Positions 25,380 to 32,000 of a stretch of 32,000 nt of DNA are shown in pieces (the stretch's first letter is position 1; each line of letters starts with the position of its first letter). A program made the position numbers and the translations under genes. Location of the stretch: contig NC_009073.1 in the NCBI RefSeq assembly GCF_000015805.1, positions 30,001 to 62,000 on the forward strand, read 5' to 3'. The notes beneath the pieces are model-generated. The model worked only from the letters and a program-made list of their open reading frames with translations. It searched no databases and was not told the DNA's origin. This DNA is from Pyrobaculum calidifontis JCM 11548 (GTDB lineage Archaea; Thermoproteota; Thermoprotei; Thermoproteales; Thermoproteaceae).

Positions 25380-25673
25380 GTGGGGGATCGTCCTCCAATA
25401 CGTCGCATGGTGATAGACGCGGCGATACCTACCAAGGGTGTGACAATAGTGGACGTCGCCAGAGAGCTCTATAAAGTGGAGGGCGTGAAGGCGGTTAGAA
25501 TTACCGTAGACGATGTGGATGTAGACGTGTTGGGGCTCGCAATAGTGGTCGAGGGGGAGAACATAGACTACAGAGAGGTGGAAGAGGCTCTTGAGAGAGT
25601 CGGCGGCGTTGTCCATTCTATCGATGAGGTAGTAGTCGGCGAGTATATACCGCAGGCCGGTGCGACCACGTGA
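25380..25673 (+). CDS. DUF211 (COG1888) family protein
   Basis: The stretch RRMVIDAAIPTKGVTIVDVARELYKVEGVKAVRITVDDVDVDVLGLAIVVEGENIDYREVEEALERVGGVVHSIDEVVVG matches the DUF211 pattern as I recall it. GTG 25380 is about 24 nt downstream of ctttaaaa. Confidence 0.65.
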   Translation: MGDRPPIRRMVIDAAIPTKGVTIVDVARELYKVEGVKAVRITVDDVDVDVLGLAIVVEGENIDYREVEEALERVGGVVHSIDEVVVGEYIPQAGATT

Positions 25674-26164
25674 GATACTTAGTCCTAGGCGTAGTGGACG
25701 GCCTAATTACTGCGGGCACTCTCTCTGCCACGCTAATTTTTAGGGGAGGCGGCATAGGCCTAGACCTCTTGGTGTCGCTGGCTGTGGTAGTGGCTTCGAT
25801 AAACGCGCTTACGGTCTTCGTAGCGGAGTTTGTTCAACAGATGCAAGAGGTCAAAGAGGTCGCCTACAAGGTCTCTCTGAGGGAGGAGTGGCTTAGGTGG
25901 TCTCTTTTGCACACCCGTGCGCTGTACGCCACGGCCAAGTCGTCCGCGTTCGCCTTCGTCTCCTCTCTGGCTGGGGCGCTGGCCGTCTTAGCGCCCGCTG
26001 CCGTCTTTCCGCCAGCGGCCCCCCTCGCCCTTGCCCTGGCTGTGTTGGTCGTGGGCGCTTTTCTAGCGGAGTCGTGGGGAGACTTCGCCTGGGTGGTGGG
26101 GATGATCGCCTTGGCGGTGGCTGTGGGAGTGGCAGTGGGGCTCGCCTTCCCAGTAATTGCTTAA
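25670..26164 (+). CDS. VIT1/CCC1-like small integral membrane protein
   Basis: The N-terminus LVLGVVDGLITAGTLSA resembles the VIT-family G.nDGl motif. Hydrophobic helices follow. The GTGA overlap with DUF211 fits a frequent pairing (COG1888/COG1814, from memory). Confidence 0.5.
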   Translation: MRYLVLGVVDGLITAGTLSATLIFRGGGIGLDLLVSLAVVVASINALTVFVAEFVQQMQEVKEVAYKVSLREEWLRWSLLHTRALYATAKSSAFAFVSSLAGALAVLAPAAVFPPAAPLALALAVLVVGAFLAESWGDFAWVVGMIALAVAVGVAVGLAFPVIA

Positions 26165-26185
26165 ATACTGGCCCTAGGTAGAGCC

Positions 26186-26644
26186 GTGGCTACGCTTCCA
26201 GTAGAATACCTCCGCACAACTAGGCTCTTTAGGGAGAAGGCCGGCGATGTCGAAATCATATCCTTCGAGGTGCCTACCCACAAGTACTTCTCCAGGGGCG
26301 AGGTGCCCTACCTCGCCACCGCGCTTGACGTAGATTTGAGGAAGCTTGAGAACATGATTTCAGACATGAAGTACGGCCGCGTGGCGGTGGAGAAGCTCTG
26401 GGCGTATAGGCTCGACGGCGACATGATCAGAGAGAGTAAGAAGGTGTTGTTGCCCGACTTGGCGAGCAACCCCGTAGACGGAGAGGTGGAGGAATACGAG
26501 GACTTCAAGGTGTTGAAGATACACGTGGGCTCTCTAAGGGAGCTGGTACGAATCTACGTCAGACAGCGGCCCTCGTTTAAAGAAGTAGTGGTGTACAGAA
26601 GGCCGCCTCACCCGGCTCTGGTGAGATACGTGGCGTACTTATGA
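26186..26644 (+). CDS. Hypothetical protein
   Basis: This is a 152-aa ORF with normal composition. An ATGA overlap links it to the downstream oxidoreductase. I recognise no motif. Confidence 0.5.
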   Translation: MATLPVEYLRTTRLFREKAGDVEIISFEVPTHKYFSRGEVPYLATALDVDLRKLENMISDMKYGRVAVEKLWAYRLDGDMIRESKKVLLPDLASNPVDGEVEEYEDFKVLKIHVGSLRELVRIYVRQRPSFKEVVVYRRPPHPALVRYVAYL

Positions 26645-27573
26645 GAGTCGCTGTGGTGGGAATAGGGGGTTGGGGGAAGAACCACCTCAGAGTCGTAGCA
26701 CAGCTCAGGGGCGAGGGGCTTGTCGACACCGTATACGCCGTGGACATAGACGAGACCAGGCTACGGTGGGCCGAGAAAGTCTACGGCGCACAGGCTGTAA
26801 GAGGTGTGGAGAAGGCCGCCGACCTCGACGTAGACGCCGCCATAGTGGCAACTCCCACGACGCTGCACGCGCGCCACGCCGCACTCTTTCTCTCAAGGGG
26901 CGTGCCCACGCTGGTGGAAAAGCCATTCACTGCGACGTTAGGCGAGGCCTACGAGCTACTGGACTTGGGCAAGAGGACCTTAGTCACCACGGGGTACCTC
27001 CTCAGATTTCACCAGGGAGTTCGCTACGTCAAGGCGAATTTGTCTAAGCTGGGCCGCTTCCTCTCTGCGTATGGGAAAAGGACGTCTCGTTGGCCAATAA
27101 GGCCAGGCGACGTCGGCGTAATAAAAGACCTAGCAATCCACGACATAGACCTCGTGACGTACATCACGGGGGAGAGGGCGAGGGCGGTATACGCCGCGGG
27201 GGGCTCCACGAGGGGGCAATACGAGGACCACGCCCAGATATTTGGACAATACGGCGGCTCCTCGGCGATATTTGAGGCCAACTGGCTTACGCCGTACAAG
27301 TTTAGGCGGATTGAACTGACGGGGGATCAGGGCATATTTGTAATAGACTTTGTCACAGACGAGGTCTACTTCTACGGCGAAGACGGCGTATATAGGCCCA
27401 GGCTTGAGGTCGCCGAGCCCCTCCTACTGCAAGACAGAGAATTTCTGCTGGCAGCCTCTGGCAAAGGCGGAGAGGTCGTCGCAGTAGAGGACATCGTCTA
27501 TACATTGAAATTGTGCGAGGCGGCCGTTGTCTCTATTAAGACAGGCAAGTTAGTGGGCTTAGACGAAGTATAG
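26641..27573 (+). CDS. Gfo/Idh/MocA-family NAD(P)-dependent oxidoreductase
   Basis: The N-terminal Rossmann motif reads MRVAVVGIGGWGKNHL. The stretch VEKPFT fits the EKP motif of the family. Confidence 0.85.
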   Translation: MRVAVVGIGGWGKNHLRVVAQLRGEGLVDTVYAVDIDETRLRWAEKVYGAQAVRGVEKAADLDVDAAIVATPTTLHARHAALFLSRGVPTLVEKPFTATLGEAYELLDLGKRTLVTTGYLLRFHQGVRYVKANLSKLGRFLSAYGKRTSRWPIRPGDVGVIKDLAIHDIDLVTYITGERARAVYAAGGSTRGQYEDHAQIFGQYGGSSAIFEANWLTPYKFRRIELTGDQGIFVIDFVTDEVYFYGEDGVYRPRLEVAEPLLLQDREFLLAASGKGGEVVAVEDIVYTLKLCEAAVVSIKTGKLVGLDEV

Positions 27574-27839
27574 GGTAGAGGGCTTTTAAGGGGCCGGGTG
27601 GTTGGGTAGCGGAAAAGCGGCGACCTAGGGCCAAGCCGCCAAGGCCATTGCCCAAGCCACAACCGCCTATACCGCGAAAGAGTTATAGACAGGAGAGTGG
27701 AGGCGAGGCACAAGAGACGTGTCATACATATATCACCGACGAGGGCTCAAGACCGTTGGACTTAAGGCGGAACGGCTGTAGACGAAAGTTTAGGCGGCGC
27801 CAGTCTCTACGTATACTGGCGTTATTTTACACGTGGCGG

Positions 27840-27845
27840 TTTTTT
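27840..27845 (+). terminator. T6 run, possible archaeal terminator of an unannotated transcript
   Basis: The sequence ggcggttttttaac follows the hairpin gccagt-ctctacgtat-actggc (about 27799-27820). Confidence 0.25.
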
Positions 27846-27864
27846 AACAAGTGGGGCAGAGTGC

Positions 27865-28407
27865 ATGAAGGGAGAGGATTTTTCACTGTACGACGTGGAG
27901 AGGGCGGAGCTTGGGGAAGAGTTCAAGTTGGCCCTATCTAGGGCGTCTGATGGCGCCAACGTGTTTATTGTGGGGCCGGCGGGTAGTGGGAAGACCCTAA
28001 TGCTTAGGAAGCTGGGGCTCTACCTCTCGAGGGCGGGGCGGCGTGGAGTATATGTAAAACTCGAGTGGGTGAAGTATGGTTGGGGTCTCTCTGACTACGT
28101 GAGCCGATACGGCGCAAGGAGTAGAGAGCTCACGGGTCTCGACGGAGGCGTTGACGCCGACTTGATACTGCTCGACGACGGGGAACTGGTGTGGGGATAC
28201 GGCTCCGCGTACAAGAACCTGCTGAGAGACTTAAGAGGCCGCCAGATTGTTGCGGCTTTTAGGGAAATTGATATGGACGCCGCGGCTCTCTTGTTCGGCG
28301 ACGGTTTTGTGATATATCTAAAGGGAGAGCCTGCAGAGGCCCCTGTGGCGAAGTCACCGTTTGGGTTCGCCTTTCTGAACAAGTCTGCGGAAATTATTGT
28401 AATATAG
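27865..28407 (+). CDS. Small P-loop NTPase (AAA-like), function unknown
   Basis: Walker A reads VFIVGPAGSGKTLMLRKLG. The Walker B-like stretch reads DLILLDDGE. Confidence 0.65.
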   Translation: MKGEDFSLYDVERAELGEEFKLALSRASDGANVFIVGPAGSGKTLMLRKLGLYLSRAGRRGVYVKLEWVKYGWGLSDYVSRYGARSRELTGLDGGVDADLILLDDGELVWGYGSAYKNLLRDLRGRQIVAAFREIDMDAAALLFGDGFVIYLKGEPAEAPVAKSPFGFAFLNKSAEIIVI

Positions 28408-28972
28408 GGTAGAGGGCCAAGAGGTTGTTTACCCCGTGTAGCAAGGTTGCGAAGAGGAAGCCGCCACCTCTGAACGCGTGTGTTAAGACGAGGCCGTAGG
28501 CGAAGTACAACGGGATTAGTGCTGGAAAGCCGTGTGCCGCGGCGAATGCAAGCGCGCTTCCCACATACGCCACGGCTAGCCCCGCCCTCTTCTCTAGTTC
28601 TTGGAAAAGGATGCCTCTAAACAGCGCCTCCTCCGCCGCTGGGGCTAAGACAATGGCCGAAAGCGTGAGGTATATTTTCCACTTGTCGCATGTGGAAAGC
28701 ATTGACACTATGAGATTGGTCACGTCGTACTGGCTGAGGAGAGGTGCTAGTGCGTACTGTAGCGCCCACAAAGCGGCCATGGAAAACGCCGCCACTGCCA
28801 CATGCCTTAAATTTCTCGCCACGTACGGCCTTGCGTAGTAGGCCAGCGGCGTCATTACTAGATACGCAACAGTTATCGCGGCGGCGAGGCCGCACTTGGG
28901 CGTATACATGGCCGCGACGCCTCCCGCCATTAGCGCCAAGGGAGGCAACAGCGCCACTACAGCCGTGCGCAT
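28394..28972 (-). CDS. CPBP-family (CAAX/Abi) intramembrane protease, second copy
   Basis: Motifs read AAEEALFRGILF (EExxxR), AFAAAHG and LLHGVNNLLAL (HxxxN). The 3' end overlaps the P-loop gene by 14 nt. Confidence 0.75.
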   Translation of the reverse strand: MRTAVVALLPPLALMAGGVAAMYTPKCGLAAAITVAYLVMTPLAYYARPYVARNLRHVAVAAFSMAALWALQYALAPLLSQYDVTNLIVSMLSTCDKWKIYLTLSAIVLAPAAEEALFRGILFQELEKRAGLAVAYVGSALAFAAAHGFPALIPLYFAYGLVLTHAFRGGGFLFATLLHGVNNLLALYPILQ

Positions 28973-28998
28973 ATGTTTAAGTACGGCTTAATTAAAAT
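28971..28998. promoter_or_regulatory. A/T-rich divergent promoter region
   Basis: The sequence atatgtttaagtacggcttaattaaaat lies between ATG 28972 (-) and GTG 28999 (+). The spacing to the two starts is only approximate. Confidence 0.3.
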
Positions 28999-29469
28999 GT
29001 GGAAATCGCCGTGGCGGCGTCGACAATAGGCAAGAGGCGGTTTTTCATCGACATAACTCACTGGGACAGTGTAGATAGGTTTCACAAGCCCTTCCTGGTA
29101 AACCCAGGACACCCGGCCGGGCTCTCTGTAGCAGTGTTTGACCTATCTAGGTACATAAACGAGGTGGCGCAGATATATAAAGAGGCCTCAGAGGCCCTCG
29201 CATCGGCCAGGAGGGAGTTTGTAAAATCGGCGTCTAGGGCGTGGCCGCTGAGATTCCTCCTGCCCGCGAGAATTGAGCCGCCGGCGCTGGGCCCCGAGTG
29301 GGAGATAAAGACGCATGTGGAAAACGTCATTGGTAAAAAATTCGGCGGGTGGGGAGAGGTGTTGGTGGGCCGCGTAGCGGTGGAGGTGAGAGACCGTGCG
29401 GTGTACATAGGCGGAGTGCCCTCAATAGGCCACACCTACCTCAGGATGCTCGGCGCCCTCAGTATATAG
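28999..29469 (+). CDS. Hypothetical protein
   Basis: This is a 156-aa ORF with no recognisable motif. Its 3' end overlaps the convergent CinA-like gene by 11 nt. Confidence 0.45.
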   Translation: MEIAVAASTIGKRRFFIDITHWDSVDRFHKPFLVNPGHPAGLSVAVFDLSRYINEVAQIYKEASEALASARREFVKSASRAWPLRFLLPARIEPPALGPEWEIKTHVENVIGKKFGGWGEVLVGRVAVEVRDRAVYIGGVPSIGHTYLRMLGALSI

Positions 29470-30247
29470 CCGCGTTGCTGAACTTCGACTTAATCAACTC
29501 GACCAGTTTTTTCAAGGCCGCATCTACGGCGCCTTCGGCTTCTTGGGGAGTGGGGGCGCTTGCATATATGTGGATTTGGAGGAGGGGGGCGTCTACTTCG
29601 AGTCCCTTGGGGTGGCTTTTGACGTATACCCTGGGGTTTTGCCGCATGACCTCGCGTATTATAGGCGCGACGTCGGCCTCTGGGACCCCCCTCACTGTCA
29701 CAACTCGCTCGGAGAAATGCGCCGGGGGCCCCCTCGACTTAAGCAAGGGCTCTACATAGCCCTCGAAAATGGCCTCCATCTCCCTCGGCACGCCGGGCAG
29801 AAGGACCACGATCTTGCCCCCCGTCTCGTATAAAATGCCAGGCGCCGTGCCCACTGGGTTGGGGAGGGGGACTGCGCCTGGGGGCATCATGGCCATCTTT
29901 ACCCTCTCCTCAGTCATGGGGTACCCGCGGCTGGCGTACTTCTCCCTGACCATCTTAAGCGCCTCCTCGTTGACCACCGGCTCTGCCCCCAGGGCCTTAC
30001 AAAAGGCGAGATTCGTTATATCGTCAGGAGTGGGGCCCAACCCGCCCGTGGATATGACCACGTCAGCCTTAGCCATCGCCTCTCTAAAAGCCTCGACTAT
30101 GTCCTCCTCCACGTCTGGAACTACCACAATCCTTCTAACGCTGTAGCCCAAATACGTAAGCTTTGACGCCAGCCACGCGGCATTAGTGTTAACCACGCGC
30201 CCAATCAACAGCTCGTTGCCAACAGTAATTATGTAGGCCGTAGGCAC
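29459..30247 (-). CDS. CinA-like / MoCF-biosynthesis (molybdopterin-binding) domain protein
   Basis: The N-terminus reads AYIITVGNELLIGRVVNTNAAWLASKL. The stretch ADVVISTGGLGPTPDDIT is the MoaB/MogA/CinA signature. Confidence 0.8.
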   Translation of the reverse strand: MPTAYIITVGNELLIGRVVNTNAAWLASKLTYLGYSVRRIVVVPDVEEDIVEAFREAMAKADVVISTGGLGPTPDDITNLAFCKALGAEPVVNEEALKMVREKYASRGYPMTEERVKMAMMPPGAVPLPNPVGTAPGILYETGGKIVVLLPGVPREMEAIFEGYVEPLLKSRGPPAHFSERVVTVRGVPEADVAPIIREVMRQNPRVYVKSHPKGLEVDAPLLQIHIYASAPTPQEAEGAVDAALKKLVELIKSKFSNAAIY

Positions 30248-30255
30248 GTCTACAC

Positions 30256-31113
30256 CTACCTCCCCGTTTTTATCTCTTCCCAGACCACGAGCAAGATACC
30301 CACCAACGTCGCCGCAATACCCACCGCCTGTAGAGGCAAGGCGCCGACGGGGGTCTCCACATAGCCCGCAGGAGTCTCACCCAGTAGAAGAGCCGCAAGT
30401 AGAGTGGCGCCGACGGGCTCCCCCAAGACGCTTGTGGCAACAGTAATCGCCCTGTACTTCCCCAGGAGGTAGTTAAACACAGTATGCCCAGCCATCATGG
30501 GAATTGACGCTATTAGGAGAAACATTGCGAATACCTGCCAGCTGTAATTAAAGAGGTTGGACCCCAGGACTGCTCCGGCCAGTAGGCTAACTGCCGCGGC
30601 GCTTCCATACGCCACTGCCACATATCCCCAGGTATTAACCGCGCTACGCACCACCCTGCCGAGGGCTAGATACCCGGCGAAAGACACTGCGCCTAAAATG
30701 GCCAGCGCATTCCCCAGAAGCCCCCCTGGCGCAAACGTGGTCAACAAGGCCCCGGCGGTTGCCACAAGGACCCCGGCCACGGCCCACTTCCCCACGCGCT
30801 CCCTAAGCGCCCTGGTAAACAAGAGCATTACCACCGGGTGTATATTTACCAGCGTCGTGCTGGCGGCCACCGTGGTTAAAAAGAGCGACGGTATCCAGCT
30901 CAAGAAGTGCACTGCCAGCAAGACGCCAGACGCAACAGAATATGCCAGCTCTCTCCCCCTGGGCAGACCCCTCGCCGCGGCGAAAGGCGCCACAATGAGA
31001 GTGGCCAGCGCCAGTCTCCAAAACGCTATGGCCACTGGGTCCGCCGGCGTGAGTCTAATTAGGATAGAGGCGGAGGCCACCGCCAAGACGCCGATTGGCA
31101 GAAGCCAGAGCAT
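30256..31113 (-). CDS. EamA/DMT-superfamily transporter
   Basis: About 10 hydrophobic helices form two EamA-like halves. The likely start is ATG 31113 (MLWLLPIGVLAV...), 24 nt from the centre of the shared TATA. The longer ORF to 31293 runs through the divergent bcp gene. Confidence 0.75.
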   Translation of the reverse strand: MLWLLPIGVLAVASASILIRLTPADPVAIAFWRLALATLIVAPFAAARGLPRGRELAYSVASGVLLAVHFLSWIPSLFLTTVAASTTLVNIHPVVMLLFTRALRERVGKWAVAGVLVATAGALLTTFAPGGLLGNALAILGAVSFAGYLALGRVVRSAVNTWGYVAVAYGSAAAVSLLAGAVLGSNLFNYSWQVFAMFLLIASIPMMAGHTVFNYLLGKYRAITVATSVLGEPVGATLLAALLLGETPAGYVETPVGALPLQAVGIAATLVGILLVVWEEIKTGR

Positions 31114-31131
31114 TGAGATAAGAGCCGCACA

Positions 31132-31141
31132 CCTTATATAC
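31132..31141. promoter_or_regulatory. Single near-palindromic TATA element shared by divergent leaderless genes
   Basis: The sequence ccttatatac is centred at about 31137, which is 24 nt from ATG 31113 (-) and 23 nt from ATG 31160 (+). Confidence 0.5.
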
Positions 31142-31159
31142 ACACATCCGTGTTTACAC

Positions 31160-31570
31160 ATGAGGTTCCCAGACGTGGAACTGGAGGCCCACACCGGCGA
31201 AAAAGTGTCACCGGCGAGAGTGGAAAAGGCCGTAGTATACTTCTTCCCCAAGGCGTTTACACAGGGATGCACCAGAGAGACAATACGGTTCAACGAGCTC
31301 TACGACAAGTTCAAAGCCAAGGGCTTTGAAGTATTTGGAGTGTCCACAGACAGCGTGGAGACCCTGAGAAAATTCGCAGAAAAGTATGGGGTCAGATTTA
31401 AGCTACTAAGCGACAGAGGAGGCGCGCTGGCCTCTCAGCTGGGCATACTGAGGCCGACTGGCACAGCCGAGAGAGTGACCTACATTCTCGTCAAAGGAGA
31501 AATAATCCACGTGTTAAAGGGCCTGCGTAGCGCGGACGAGCACGCAGACAAGGCCCTCTCGTTGATATGA
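31160..31570 (+). CDS. bcp: Peroxiredoxin, Bcp/PrxQ type (AhpC/TSA family)
   Basis: The stretch VVYFFPKAFTQGCTRE contains the P-x-x-x-T-x-x-C peroxidatic-Cys motif. The part of the ORF upstream of 31160 is antisense to the transporter and has implausible composition. Confidence 0.85.
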   Translation: MRFPDVELEAHTGEKVSPARVEKAVVYFFPKAFTQGCTRETIRFNELYDKFKAKGFEVFGVSTDSVETLRKFAEKYGVRFKLLSDRGGALASQLGILRPTGTAERVTYILVKGEIIHVLKGLRSADEHADKALSLI

Positions 31571-31818
31571 AGGTCTACGAGGTGAAAGGCCCCTGCCCCG
31601 AGCTTAGCATTGTGCTTGCGAGAATAGCGGCTGAGGCCGCCGAGGGGGAAGAGGTGAAGATTGTGAGCAAGTGGCGCTACGTGTTAAACGACGTAGAAAA
31701 ATCGGCCAAGATCATAGGGCTTGAGGTAGTGAGCGCCCGCGCCTTAGGCGACGTGGTGGAGGTTGTGGTTAAAAAGTCAGCACGAGGTCGGCCTCTTTTG
31801 CAAGAGCTAGAAAGGTGA
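31567..31818 (+). CDS. TusA/SirA-like small sulfur-carrier-fold protein
   Basis: The stretch EVKGPCPELSIVLARIAAEAAEGEEVKIV resembles the TusA N-terminal G-x-x-CP-x-P helix, here with CPEL rather than CPxP. The size is 83 aa. An ATGA overlap links it to bcp. Confidence 0.5.
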   Translation: MKVYEVKGPCPELSIVLARIAAEAAEGEEVKIVSKWRYVLNDVEKSAKIIGLEVVSARALGDVVEVVVKKSARGRPLLQELER

Positions 31819-31999
31819 GAGACCCCGCGACCTCCACCCCCTCCAGCGGCTCTACGCCAAGCATCTTCAACACCGGCTCGTCGACATAGACCTTAACCCC
31901 CAGAGAGAGGCACTGCCTCGCCAGCTCCTTCACGCTGGCAGCCCCCAGTCTCTTAAGCCTGCGCTTAATGAGCCACATGGCCAAGGCCGGGAGGCCCAA
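31769..31999 (-). CDS. DsrE/DsrF-like family protein, 5' end outside the window (partial)
   Basis: The C-terminal VKVYVDEPVLKMLGVEPLEGVEVAGSLTFLALAKEADLVLTF fits the DsrE-family C-terminus. The frame is open to the window edge. Confidence 0.5.
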   Translation of the reverse strand: MGLPALAMWLIKRRLKRLGAASVKELARQCLSLGVKVYVDEPVLKMLGVEPLEGVEVAGSLTFLALAKEADLVLTF

Positions 32000-32000
32000 C

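Noticed and set aside
27574-27864. Assignment of the G+C-rich gap to RNase P RNA, SRP RNA, or a C/D-box or H/ACA guide RNA
   Set aside because: I looked for a GGAAAGUCC-type CR-I with a downstream ACAGAA-type CR-V in the correct order, an SRP helix-8 GGAA/AGCA motif, RUGAUGA/CUGA boxes, and an ACA tail. None was convincingly present on either strand. The region is kept only as an unclassified ncRNA candidate.
30557-31159. 5' extension of the bcp ORF (337-aa version), and 31114-31293 extension of the transporter ORF
   Set aside because: Both extensions are antisense to the partner gene and have implausible composition. Both would place the shared TATA element inside coding sequence. Internal ATGs at 31160 and 31113 have ideal TATA spacing.
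1-32000. Search for CRISPR arrays, cas genes, transposases/IS elements, integrases and rRNA genes
   Set aside because: I saw no short direct repeats with regular spacers, no DDE/serine/tyrosine recombinase motifs in any ORF, and no rRNA-like sequence. The only tandem repeats are in-frame coding repeats.

Overview
The window reads as chromosomal DNA from a hyperthermophilic crenarchaeon of the Thermoproteales, Pyrobaculum/Thermoproteus-like. This is an inference from four things: a PaREP1-family gene, tRNA genes with multiple non-canonical introns, G+C-rich coding sequence, and A/T-rich TATA-like boxes about 23-27 nt upstream of almost every start codon, which implies leaderless transcripts. 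I support about 36 protein-coding genes and 2 tRNA genes. I found no rRNA, CRISPR array, transposase or integrase. The content falls into six blocks. (1) Positions 1-9925 hold two adjacent heavily sequon-decorated surface-protein genes, one of them a 2,664-codon ORF with a signal peptide, C-terminal tandem beta-sandwich repeats and a C-terminal membrane anchor. It is a candidate S-layer/envelope locus. (2) A housekeeping/accessory mix follows: AMMECR1-like, a poly-proline protein, a CYTH enzyme, an 'ATKEDL'-repeat PD-(D/E)xK protein, ATP-dependent DNA ligase, PfkB kinase and a sugar nucleotidyltransferase. (3) Next is a module of Cys-rich/coiled-coil proteins with SHOCT-like motifs beside an orphan NfeD-like gene. 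(4) Then come a Clp1-type RNA kinase, a CPBP protease and PaREP1, followed by a divergent tRNA pair. tRNA-Glu(UUC) carries three bulge-helix-bulge (BHB) introns in the D-loop, anticodon loop and T-loop. tRNA-Arg(GCG) carries one T-loop intron. (5) Downstream is a low-GC patch, an uncharacterised Fe-S/redox three-gene cluster, and an unusually A/T-rich 290-bp spacer. (6) The rest comprises rpl14e-cbf5, DUF211 plus a VIT-like gene, an oxidoreductase, a 290-nt non-coding G+C-rich gap (candidate ncRNA), a P-loop NTPase, a second CPBP protease, CinA-like, an EamA transporter, and a bcp/TusA-like/DsrE-like redox cluster. All functional calls come from motifs I could read in the supplied translations; no database search was run.
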